Below are positions 52,499-64,000 of a stretch of DNA of 64,000 nt, piece after piece. The stretch spans positions 106,020,001 through 106,084,000 of the forward strand of contig OZ296652.1 in the NCBI GenBank assembly GCA_965655095.1, read 5' to 3'. The translations under genes were made by a program, and so were the position numbers. Within the stretch, counting starts at the first letter, position 1, and the number at the start of each line of letters is the position of its first letter. This DNA comes from Haplodiscus bocki. Taxonomy: Eukaryota. The notes under the pieces were generated by a model that worked only from the letters and a program-made list of their open reading frames with translations, was not told where the DNA came from and searched no databases.

Positions 52499-52507
52499 AA
52501 GGAAAGG
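52499..52507 (+). promoter_or_regulatory. Polypurine tract
   Basis: AAGGAAAGG immediately before the TG of the 3' LTR. Confidence 0.75.
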
Positions 52508-53059
52508 TGTAATATTACAAACACAAACGGAAAACATTTCTGATTTTGTTTACGCAAAAGTCAAATTAATATTTCTTCCCCGTCATTCAATTTTCTCAGC
52601 ACACATTTATTTCCAGGCCTGCCATTTTGTAAAGCTCAAATTTCTTTCGTATTTAATCGTGATGCAGTAACATTATTCACCCCTCGTATCACCGCGACTC
52701 CTTATACTGCATCTTTGGCTAAACTTGCGCTGAATAATTGTTTTCGTTTAACCGAATGTTCAAATCACGCCGCCTATCGGCAATTTCTAATGGATGAGAA
52801 GTACATTTATAATCGCTCCCAATAATTTTTGAACAAATCACAGTTTGTAATCGTTTTAATGCTGTAAACAATTTTGCTGAAAATATTTGTAATCATTCCG
52901 CTGTAAACCTTCATCTGAAATGTGAGTTCCCGTATAACAAAAAATTCAACTCTTTATACTTGCAAAAGATACGTTTTCTCTTCGAAAATTAGCCGCAAAA
53001 ATCAAGTCTTAGCCACAATTAAGCAAAACAATTAGCTCCCTACGTTACGGGATGCTATA
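52508..53059 (+). repeat. 3' LTR
   Basis: Starts TGTAATA after the PPT; direct repeat of 40324-40893. Confidence 0.9.
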
Positions 53060-54120
53060 TTACGTTATTTGAAGGAAAAATGATCCCGTTCTCGCTCCAA
53101 GTGGATCAATAGCTCAACCTCGGAAACGGTACACCTAACAATCTTCATCTTTTTTTTTGAATCATGAATCCAATCTTTTCTGAACAAAAACTGTTCTGCC
53201 ATTGAGTACAGACCGGAGAAATATTGCAACAGCTTTGTACAGTCAGGAATTCGTGCAAGCAGGCGAAGTGACGAGAACGTTAACCCAAGTGTCGTCACAG
53301 AGACAAAGAAGCTGCTAACCAAAAGCTTCCTTGGTTACCGGATGATAGACTCCAGTCAACACACTACTACGAAACACCTCAAAGTCGAAAAGACATTGGC
53401 TGGTACTGTAAGTAAGCTGTTTAGGACAAAAGATCAGGTGAACAATGCATTATGTGAAGTTGATCCCGCCAAACCACATATTGGACAAAATGAACTAACC
53501 ATCGAGCTTTTTTCTATTACCAAAACAGTGAACGTTGGAATTCGACTACAAATTTTGAGACTGACTTTTGTGATTTACATTATATCGTTTAGTTGGAAAT
53601 GGACATAGAATCTCTTTTCTTGTATCTTGTTTTTGCCATAAAGGACTTGGAAGACTTTTTTCGACCGGAGTTAAAAAGAAAGGGGAAGCGATTGCGATCA
53701 AAAGACTGCAGGCATAGTTTACTTGCTGATGCAGCTGGATTTTTCTTCCCTGAACGAATTGTGCAAAACACAAGAAACATGACAAGTGAGAGCCTGGTAT
53801 TTTCAAGGAAAATTTCTGATGTGCAAAGATGTCTCGTTGATGCAGCAACATGAACTGCTGCTATAAAGTTACCTCGAGCGAAATTAACTTCAAGAAAAAA
53901 AGTTTTACTAAAGGTGAGCTATAACAGAAAAATGATGAACCCCTGGAGAAATACTGCCTCGTCATGGATGCACAAGTTAGTTCTGCGATTAAAAACAAAA
54001 GTTTCCGGGCAATTAATCGCACTGTTGCTACATATGAACAAATTAGGAAATGATTGACCAACTTTCATCTCAAAGGCTTTGTGAAGAGTGATGAGATCGC
54101 TATCAACTTTTCAATTGGAA
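53060..54120 (+). pseudogene. Polinton protein-primed DNA polymerase B, C-terminal remnant
   Basis: CNSFVQS...RRSDEN, motif B KLLTKSFLGY (cf. KLLANSSYG), motif C EMDIESLFL (cf. MDTDSLY), EPGLFK-like block and ATYEQIRK near the end. Confidence 0.85.
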
Positions 54121-57100
54121 ATTTCGTTAACTATTCAATTGTCATGTTTCTTCTCGTTTTTTTTCCCACTCCAAACAACCATTTTAACTGTTAACCTAAA
54201 TTCTTTTACATTGTCTTTGGAGTAAACAGTTTCTGCAGGCGCTGTAGTTGACCGCTGGTAAAATATTTAGTCTCGCTGCCTAATAAATATCCACAGGGGC
54301 CCTGAAAAAAAGTTCAAAAAGACTGTCTCGGTGAAAACACACAGTGCTAAAAACAGTCACTAAACCCCACCCCGTGCCTTTATTCATTTCAAAACACTAA
54401 AGCTTCTTCTACTGCAATGCTGAATTGCGTTCCTTGTTTTAAAAATTTACCGAATATTTGGAAGTCGAGCGAAAACGCGAAATTGCCGGCAGCTAATCAA
54501 AATCGAGCAAAATAAAAATCTAATGTTTCTCAGCCAATCGGAATCAAGGATTACGTGATCTGGAATCAGTTGATAGCTCTCGGCTGGCGTTTCAAATCCT
54601 TCTCGGCTCTCATATCCAATTGGCTCACTATAGCATATCTCAATGCTTAGGGTCGTCAACCCCCTTCCCCCCACTTAATTAACTCACTCTTATACCCTTG
54701 ACCTGAGAAAATGAAATAACACGATCGGAAGACTCATCATCAGCATTGCGCACCCTTCTCCGAGGGTGACGTGCCTTGTCAAAAACATAAGAAACAATCA
54801 TCCTAAAAATTTTATGAAGCGTTCGAAAAAAAATCTCCCCACCTCTGAGCAGGAACATACTGAACTCTTGTGACACTCAGTTTTTACCAGTTTTTGTGCG
54901 AACCGTCGCTTTTTTCATGGAAAACACCAAGAGAGCTCTAAGCTGAGTCTGAAGTGCAATTTCGACTCTCAGCTCTAGTCAACTCGCTATAGCTTATCAT
55001 AAAACAAGGGTCGCTAAAGAACAATTTCTCAGATTTCGATCAAAGGGGAGGGAGTAGCCTAGGCTCAAACTTTGGATCGTTTGGGCCGCAATCGTTTTTT
55101 CTAACGACTGCGCCATTGTTGTTTGAGAATCAGTGTTGGTTTTTAAAGAATGAAAGGAAAGAAATTTTATAGCGTCTCCTACTTGAATTTAAGCGTACAA
55201 AACTTAACTGAGATCCGTTGCACTTGTTTTCAATTGTATTCATATTATCGTGGTCGCTTTTAAAATCAGTTATTTTCAGTCATTTTGTCAATTTGTATTC
55301 CGTTGGCGCAAGTGTTGCAAAGCACAGCTTCGTCTCCTTGTTAAAAAACTTTTTTTGGATGGTGAGTGTTTCTTTTTTAATGTTAATTACCCAGTGAATA
55401 AACTGGAAGTCCTTCTTTCGCTTTCGGATTGGCAAATTTAAGTTGTAGGTGATGAGAATTTCCATTTTTTTATATTAGCTGATATTGGTGAAAAGTCGTC
55501 GGAAATTTCCTTTAATTTGTTCTATCTTGTCTCCTGAGCATCAGAAGTGACAACAGTTTTTATCAAGGCGCGAATGTGACCTGTTTAGTTTCAGTTTGAG
55601 ACGATTGTTTTTCAAAAATTGAATATAAAATAATCACATTGCCACCCACTTTCTTTCAAAAAGGAGGCATCAATTTTGGTGCTTCAAATAGAAATACGTC
55701 AAATTAAAGGAAACTTCAGACGCTTTGTTAACCAATGTCAGCTAGTTTGAAAGTCGATAGTTTTTGCGCTCACGGTTTTTATAGGTCCCAGTTTCTGCAT
55801 TGCATTTTGCACTTTGATGTTTGGAATATTTTTCAGAATTTTCCATGGCTGACAATTAAAGCCAGAAGTTCAGGAGCATTTGAACAACCTGCTTACTAAT
55901 ACTCAAGCATCAGGAGCTGAAGAATTAGAATATACATTGTTTTGTGGGTCATCGAATACATTAAGTTTTGCATCTCAAGCATAAATTGCAGATTTTGCAA
56001 CGTCATGCATATATTGGGCATGCGAAGTACTCGTTGCATCCAGCTCGCGAAGTGGAAAACTCTTCGCATAGTAAAATGGCACCGAAACAGATTCGTTGCA
56101 AATTTTAAAGCGCAATCTAATTATTTCGAAATTTTTCGTTGAAAATTAGATAGGTGTTATTTTTGATATAACCGTATGCAGCAAGAGGAGTAGGAACGAC
56201 CCAAATGGGACACTGTAAGTGAGGCTCGAAGTGCCCTTAAAGAGAGCCTTCGAGATTTTAAAAAGCTTTGGTCTTCAAAAAATTTTCTCTGCTCAGAATT
56301 TTGGACTACACTGTTCAGTACATGTCCTGAAGATCTAGCGATTGACGTCACAGCCAGTTTAACTTTAGGTGTAACTACTCGATCCATCGCCGTCAAAACT
56401 GTGCTATGAACCCAATTTTCGACCGCAACAACGCTATCTCGTTCCCAACTCTGTCGGCAGTACTTCCTTCAGTTACTTCAGTACGACTTTCGCTATTTTC
56501 ACCAGGCGTTTCACGCCCAAAAAAATTGCTTCTGAATTGGTCATCGTTCTGAGTTGCTACCGGCTCATTCTCAGCTACACCTGGTTGAATATTGCTACCA
56601 TTGAGAGAATCGTTTAAAGACTAATCTGGTTTGCTGAGAAGCCTCTTGTTCTGATGCTTATTTTTGAGGGTGGAAACTATGTTTGTATTAACAATTGATT
56701 TGAGTTCAAATATTATAAAATCAACAATTTTGCAAAAGAGTGAATATTGAAACAAACGATCAGCAAAGGGAAGCTTATGAGTTTCAGACAAAGCAACCGT
56801 TCAGTATGATGGTCAAAAGTAAATATGTTTTTTTTTCTGGTCAGCTTCCGGTCGTGGATCTTTTGGGTGACCTCGTCTGTTGTTCAACAATCAGCATCCT
56901 GACAACGTAACAGAGGGACTATAGTTTACGAACTTCAACCAATTCTCAAGATTGATTTTCAATCTGATTATTATCACAACACTTGTGAAAAATTCACACA
57001 CAAGTTAGTTCCATAATACTCAATCAAGAATAGTTTGATTCAGTTGGCATAGTGACGTCACTCACTCGTAACACTGATTTTGAGCTGCTGTTTTTACTTA

Positions 57101-60100
57101 AGTAAGTAGTTGGAATGTTACGCGTTTTTTGCTGAGGTCATAGAGTCTAGAAGCCCATATAGCATATTTTAAAACCAAACATTCATGTTCTTCATCGAAC
57201 ATCAAAATGGAGGTGGGATCTTCTCAGTATACTCCTGCCCCCCCCCCCCCCCCCAAGCGCCACATAACTTTTCTCGGATTAGCTATTACGCCGTTTATTA
57301 CTTTACGCATCCCTTATTGCGTGGGGGAATTAAATCACTGGAGGGAGGGTTTGCAATTTACAGATAAATCCCAAAGCGAAATTGATATGATGTATCGGAA
57401 TTGTATTAGTGTAAACTTTCAAAATGACCAGAACATATTGTTTATCCCACATGAACATAAAGTAACAGTGCAGGTTTTGATTTTTCAAGTGTTCTGCAGC
57501 TATTCGAATTCATGTCATGACCTTAGATTAAACGCAGGTCTGCGCAGATGGCATTTTGCAGTATTGTCTTCGTGTTAAAAGATGGGGCAAGTATGTGTGT
57601 ACGTTTTGAAAGTCACATGTTAGCAGTTGCGGAAATTGTTTTGATTAAACTCTCAAAAATTTCAATTAATCTCATGTCCATAGTAACAACAAAAGTACAT
57701 AAATGTTTCATTTGCGATATACCGCAAGGAGGGCATTGGGAAACTAGCTAAAGCTTTTTCGCTCCCATGTTTTGATAATGCTCATCATAAAATTCATGGC
57801 AGAGTGCCTGTTTTTGCTGCTCTACTGATGCATGTACAGTTGATAGCAGCGATACCTTCACATTTATAGTTAACTGTTCGATATTTTTCAATTCACATTC
57901 AGAGATTTTGTTTTTCTGGAGCTTCTGTTGTTGAAGTGTATGACAAGATAAAAAGTTAATTAATGCACTCAGTTATCAGGGAATCAATCGACTCAGGTAA
58001 GATTGCATTAGCCATCAGCTGTACGATTTCAAAAATCTCACTAATATTCAAAATCACTGTCAAGACTTCTGAAGGATTGTTTGAATAAAGTAACATAAAC
58101 TTTGTTTGAACGGCTGGCATTGATTCTTTTTTTGTAGATGCTTCATCTTCATGTCAGGAACCAGCAGCAATTTCTATTTCTAAAATCGTTTTAGGTTGAT
58201 CATGATTAACGTTGCAATGCTGGAAAAGTCGATCTGTTATTTTGGCGAAAGATTGAATTCTTTTCATCTTAAGGTAAAGTGATTGAAAAATTTCATGTAA
58301 TTTTTTGGATGAAAACATGCGAAGAATTAGTTTTTGCAACTTGTAGGGAGGCAATGGATAAATTATGACTGTTTTTTTGTTTTTATAGTGTAAGAGATAT
58401 TACATTTACTTATTTTGAAAATTCCGATATTTGCAAAAAAAATTCATTTCCTTATTCAAATTTTATTCATGTATATACATGTTACATTTGGTATCGCATG
58501 ATTTTCAGTTGCTTTTCAAGATGAAAATTTTCAGTTTTAAACAACATTTGAAACGATCTCGTTCACTTGTGAACATAGATTAGATTTCTGTACGTTTAAT
58601 AGAAAAGTAAACGAGTGCGGTTTGGTTTCCATAAATTACGCAGCCGAACTGTTATAATAATATTTATCAGATGTTAACAAATGGAGTAATAAGATTTTAT
58701 AATCTGGCTTGGATGATCGCTGGCCATTTTTTCAATCAAAGAATCCAAAATATGCGAATGACGAAGGCAAAAGTGTTCAATTTCGGTAGATTTTGGAAGT
58801 ACTGGATTTTTTGCGTTGTTCATGTGTAGATATGGTGGTATCAATTCTTGCTTCACTCGTTGTTTGTGTGAACATTTAAATGTGTTGGGCTCTTGAAATG
58901 CACATGTCACTGTATACTCCTTATAGAGAATCTTGGCTCAACTTCCAAACGTTGCCAAAGCCATTGGTTGTCAACACAAGAACTAAAACAAAATTTTTCC
59001 TATCTTTGGTCAGCTAAAAAGCATTTTCTCCATTACATTCTGTTGAATTGTTCAAACACGAACAATCAATTGTTAACTGTTGATAGTTAGCATTTACTTA
59101 TTTGGCATTGGAATTTATTATTAATCTACTACTAATTTATATGTGGATATTTTGTTACCTATATAGAAGGAAACGAATTAATTGGTAAATTGAGAGACGA
59201 CCCTTATAGCCCTGGTAAGGTGAGTCTTGACTTAAAATATCAAAAATTGGTAAAGGTACACGATTTTTTTCCACAAGAATCAAATGCAAAACGTATGATG
59301 TCCACAGTATATGCATAGTAACCTTAATGTGGGAGATGGGTTTAGAAAAAAACTATGGATGGCAAGAGTATCAGAAGAGCCATGCACTCTAAGTATTGAG
59401 TTTAATCAATTTTTGAAGCTCTTGCATAAACGAGGTCTCTGTCAGATGGCACAAAGGTGACAAATAATTTATGAGTATGTCAGACTGCTGAGTGCAAACC
59501 AGTTAAGGTGAATTGAAATTAAAGGTTATTCTCTGACCATCTTAAGTGAGACTCAAGTTGAGATATTTGGACCCAAAAAAATACTTGAGCGAATATTACT
59601 TGGGCTGAGCCATCCAAATGTTACAAATTTTACGGTTAACAGTTTCGAGCGGTCTACGTTGAACTGAAAAGGTGAAAAAACGTCTCACCTACTGGACTAT
59701 TGATGAACTAGAGTGTGAAACATGGGCTGCTATCTTAGTATAAGCAAAAATCATAAATCGGACGTATTTCAATTCGATTGCAACCCAAATTTCACTGCTG
59801 ACTGTGCTGAGTATTCATAAAATTTGAGTTCAAAATGCAGGCAAGCATCGTTTTTTAATTGGTGGAGCAACATACAGTGCACAACTGAAAGTCCGCGCTG
59901 CCCAATAAAAAAGTCAGACAATAGTTGGAAAGCAGATTTGGCACTTTGTTGTGATTTTTGTGAAAAAAAAAGAAGTATGTACTGGTTTCAGCTTCTTCTA
60001 GAAAAGGGCTGACTAAACAGCATCAACTTCCTGTAATAGCGATACTGAAAAAAAATCGGTTAAACACGGATGAAATACAAGATAGTTTTGTGACTAATTC

Positions 60101-60317
60101 ATCGGGTAATTGCGAAGTCAACGAGCACTGATGAAAGCTTTACAAAAGTACCAAATCCAGGTAACGTTCTCAATGTTTTGTCACGAACTAACTTGGATTT
60201 TAGTGTTTCCTTAAAAAACTTTCTTTAAACTATGCAAGCCCAACACCTCAACACTTAAAGCGCTTTATTGCAGCTTCCGCGGATTTATTTTGAGACAGTG
60301 TAGCAGACAGAACCCTA

Positions 60318-60600
60318 GCTGTTCCCTGGTTAATCTGTCACAGAAAACTTGCAAGAGTCTTGGAAGTTTCTGGCATGATCTTCCAAGATGTGCAAGAAAT
60401 GAAAAGATCTCGGAAAATTCTTGATAAAGAATTCCGATTTGTTCAATTTTCCTGCAAGAATTGTCGTTTAGTAGATCAGACATTTTCTTGCAACATTCTT
60501 TCAATGAACCGGCAGGATTTTCCTGTACTTGCAAGATAATTTCGTTCTTGCATGATCCTTGTAACTAAGTATTCTAGCATGATAGTTGCAAAAAATCTCA
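60318..60600 (+). repeat. Dispersed repeat rich in TTGCAAG motifs (copy 2)
   Basis: Same start and motif order as 24630-24870. Confidence 0.75.
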
Positions 60601-62543
60601 GGAAGATCATTTAGGGCTTTTAGGCTGTAAAATTTTGAATCTTTTAAGAAACGACTACCAAACCTCGCCAAAAAATGAGCAGAATTTTTACGCAAAATGA
60701 AGAGAGAAAAGTGCGACTCTAGATAATTGCTCCCATTTTGTCTGGAAAAAAATTAGCATGTTTGATTCAAGCTTTTGAGGTTTTTTGTGCCTCTTAAAGC
60801 CAAACGTGAATTACAATCCTTAAAATATATATATCTAGGTAGCAATAACTTCGTCATTAATTAAAATTTTCTTGAAAAAACTGTCGAGAATTTAGTTGGC
60901 TCTAAGGACAGACTGCCAAATGTAGCTTGAACATTTTCATTTTCCCCGTGTTTTTCTGTTTTTAATAACGTCATAGAAGCTCATGACATCAATGTAGAAA
61001 TGAATTTTTTTACTGATCAACTTCGTCATTATTATCTTTAAAGTTTTCAAATCGACAGAGATTTTTTCATGTTTTCGAAATTCATTTTGGGCCACAATTG
61101 TGCACATGCTATTTCAGTTGGTCTACAGGTTAACTATGAAACTCGGAATGTCAGGGTTGACGGATGTTCTGTCGCTCTGAATAGTTTGTTGCTGTGCAGT
61201 TTTGTCGCAAAAGAATCTAACAAAATTTGTTGCAAACAACTCGTCGCATACAGCTCGTCGAAAATGAAAAAGCAAAAACTTGTCGCAGAGATGAATAAAA
61301 AACTCGTCGATTATATTTACATGCTAGCTTGGTTAATTGCTGGTCATTTAGAAAATTACTCTAGATGCAAGACAAAACCGCCAATTTTAAATTGGGACAA
61401 AAACCACCGACTTCGAAAACGGAACAAAACCTCCGGTGTCAAGGGTGAAACAAAACCGCTGATTTGTAAAAAAAATTATCAGTTTCATCAGTCGTTGCAA
61501 ACATAAAAACTGTTCAATATAAAAGCGTCTTGTTATATTTATCTAAAATTAGCAAATTAACTTCCAATATACTAATGGAACAACAATGAACTGGAACTTT
61601 CAAACTTTCACCTACAGACACAAGTATAAATTTTCATAAATTTATGGTGTCTCCCTTCCATACACTAATGCGGAAAAAAACCATGATAAGTTTTTTTAAA
61701 CCTTTTCTTTATACCAATTTGCTCACACTGATCAAGTTCCTAGAAAAATAAGTACCGAAAATCAATGTCCATAAACGAGAGTTAGTGGTATTATCCGCAA
61801 TATACTATATTATTAATTGTGAAGTCACTAGGAAAAGTGCTTATGGTGTAACCCCACCTGCTACATTGATTATAACAAAAATTTTCTGGAAAACGTGTAT
61901 CGCGTTACACATAACGTTTAAACGTTAAAAAATTGAAATATGATTAATTAATTAAAGCTAACCTTTTCTGGAGGGTGGAATAAAAGTAAAAGAATATAAA
62001 AGCTGATGGAAAAAAACCCTTGGAGTTTCACAAATAGTTTTAATAAAAAATTAAAAAATTCTACCGGGAGCTATTTTCCTAGTGGCTCCAGCTGCCAACC
62101 ATGACTGTTACAAGCCTTTTTTCAATTGGTTGCATGAAACGACAGCATGTTGTTTTTCTGGAGTCGATCTGGGAAAGGGACTCGCTCATTATTCGCTTTC
62201 CTGCTTAACGGACGGGACTCCTTACTCCTCTTCTGACTTGCTCTTTTTTACTTCTGATTTACTCTCCTTCTCCTTTTTTACTTGGACAAATTTTTCAAGC
62301 CAACTCCCTTTCTCCCTTTTGCTTTTTTGGACAAAAATTTTCTAAGTCCAATTCCTCTTCTCTCTTTTCCTCGGACAGAAAAATTCTAAGTCCAACTTCA
62401 TTCTGCAAAAATATTCTGAGACACTTTCAAATTCTGCCTTAGCCGCAAAATCATTCCAATTTCGCAAAAATATTTCAAGTCTAATTTTTTTCTGACTTAG
62501 AAAATTTCCCTCTTTTTTGCTTACACAATTCGATTTTTTCTCT

Positions 62544-62782
62544 CTGGAGTCTAAACGGTATCCACTAACGCTAGCTTCGGCATTGGCGTGTGCTGATTCC
62601 GTAGATGAACTTCGGTTCTAAAACAAGAGCGAATCCAAATTTGCACAACCTTTTATTTATTCTATAGTCTTGCTGCTGGAGTCTAAACAGTGTCCACTAA
62701 CGCTACCTTCAGTATTAGCGTGTGCGGATTCCGCTGACGGGCTCCAGTTCTGAAGCATGACTGGATCCTAAACTGCACAACC
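62544..62782. repeat. Diverged direct duplication, period ~132 bp
   Basis: ctggagtctaaac.gt.tccactaacgcta...gcgtgtgc.gattccg...tgcacaacc at 62544 and 62676. Confidence 0.8.
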
Positions 62783-64000
62783 CTCACGAGGTCCCTGGAA
62801 AAGGGAGTTGACAATACATAGATCAAATCTCACCTTGTCTGCTTCCGTGGTATTTTGAATTCATTCGAAATCCCGAGATATGGATTAAAAATGCAGAAAC
62901 CGCCCGTCTTTGTAACATTCGAACAGTTCCATTCATTGCACTATTTTGAAATTTCCCATTCAATTTCTTTACAAGTCAGACTTATAAGAGGAGAGTCCCA
63001 GAGTTACACACAGATGACCCGACTCTATCAACGGTATCCGTTAGTTAAAGAGTTTTCCAGCTCAAAATGAGTATATCTCTCTCATAAAAACTAATATTTT
63101 ATAAAACCCTTCCATAAAGTCCGCTAGACAAAAATCTCGGTTGGAGAAAAAGGGACCAAGAGAACATCACCAGGTTGCCGCTAGAAAGTGAGTTTTTACC
63201 CGAGTATTAGATAAAACTTAAAACAAAACAAACCCCGCCAATAAATCCGGAGACTTATTCACGGTTTGGAAACTTGGGGAAACACTAAGGAACGACGACT
63301 CGTAGACGGCGATTTGCCAGTTACGGAGTATAGACAAATGGATAAGATTTTATTCATGACATAAAATTAACAACTAAAAAAATAAAATTAACAAAAAAAC
63401 TAGACCCTATCATAAAAACAGTGCTAGAAAATTTGGAGAAAAAGAATCTCCTTGCTAGACCAAAATAAGAGGAACTCACTAACATTACCCCAACTTCTTT
63501 TTTAAACTACCCCAACTGATTATTTCTGAGGGTTTCCTAAAACTTACAGTGTCTTTTTTTCTGAGTTTAATCCAATAGCAACATTCTTGTTGAATTGTGA
63601 GCATTTTACATCATTTGTATTTTGGGCTAATATGATCTATTCTTGCTAGTTTATTAGCTTTTATTGTTAATCATTGGTCTATCTATTATTGGTAATTCAG
63701 TATCCGGAATAATTCACACGATTGGTAAAATTCAGATCCTTGAATATAAGAATATTGCTCGTACTTTCTAACATTTTCTGACAAGTTGATAAATTTCGGG
63801 GCTATATACACTTTGGGAATAAATATATGTCGGAGGGAAATTTTGATATTGGATTCTATTATCTGGAATTATTAACAACCCTCTCTTTGCAAGCTTAATG
63901 GAATAGACAGCAATTTCGTCCCAGCTCCCATTTTCGTCGCTCAAAGACACACATAACTCAGTTCCCAATTTGTGCCGTTTCCTTTTCCTTTCATTTGCAT

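Larger units (their letters stand above)
40324..53059 (+). mobile_element. Full-length, moderately decayed Ty3/Gypsy (Metaviridae-like) LTR retrotransposon with env and accessory genes
   Basis: Two ~550-570 bp LTRs, PBS, PPT, gag-PR-RT-RH-macro-IN order (Gypsy type), env and extra ORFs. Confidence 0.95.

Noticed and set aside
54200-64000. Additional host gene exons (isolated GTAAG/GTAAC donors, ORFs 56157-56396 and 61069-61506)
   Set aside because: No recognisable protein motifs or consistent exon chain; small exons cannot be excluded without transcript data.

Overview
AT-rich, repeat-dense eukaryotic (invertebrate-animal-like) genomic DNA; no prokaryotic operons, rRNA or CRISPR. One intact host gene is present: a 3-exon adenosine kinase (19488-34022, +, 354 aa). 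The rest is mostly decayed mobile DNA: two clusters of Polinton/Maverick-like remnants (1-3750; 34600-40320 plus 53060-54120), a BEL/Pao LTR element (~7390-12400), a probable Penelope fragment, an L2/CR1-type LINE (~14480-18332), MITE-like elements and microsatellites. The standout is a ~12.7 kb two-LTR Ty3/Gypsy element (~40324-53059) built like a complex retrovirus. It carries a PPxY/transmembrane small ORF in the leader, gag and pol joined by a -1 slippery site plus pseudoknot, and a TARG1/OARD1-type macrodomain between RNase H and integrase. It also has an F-type env ending in NPFYPDL, an array of covarying RNA hairpins after env, and a final gene for a probably myristoylated coiled-coil plus DnaJ (J-domain) protein just before the 3' LTR. 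All protein family calls were made by eye from remembered motifs and need HMM or structure confirmation.
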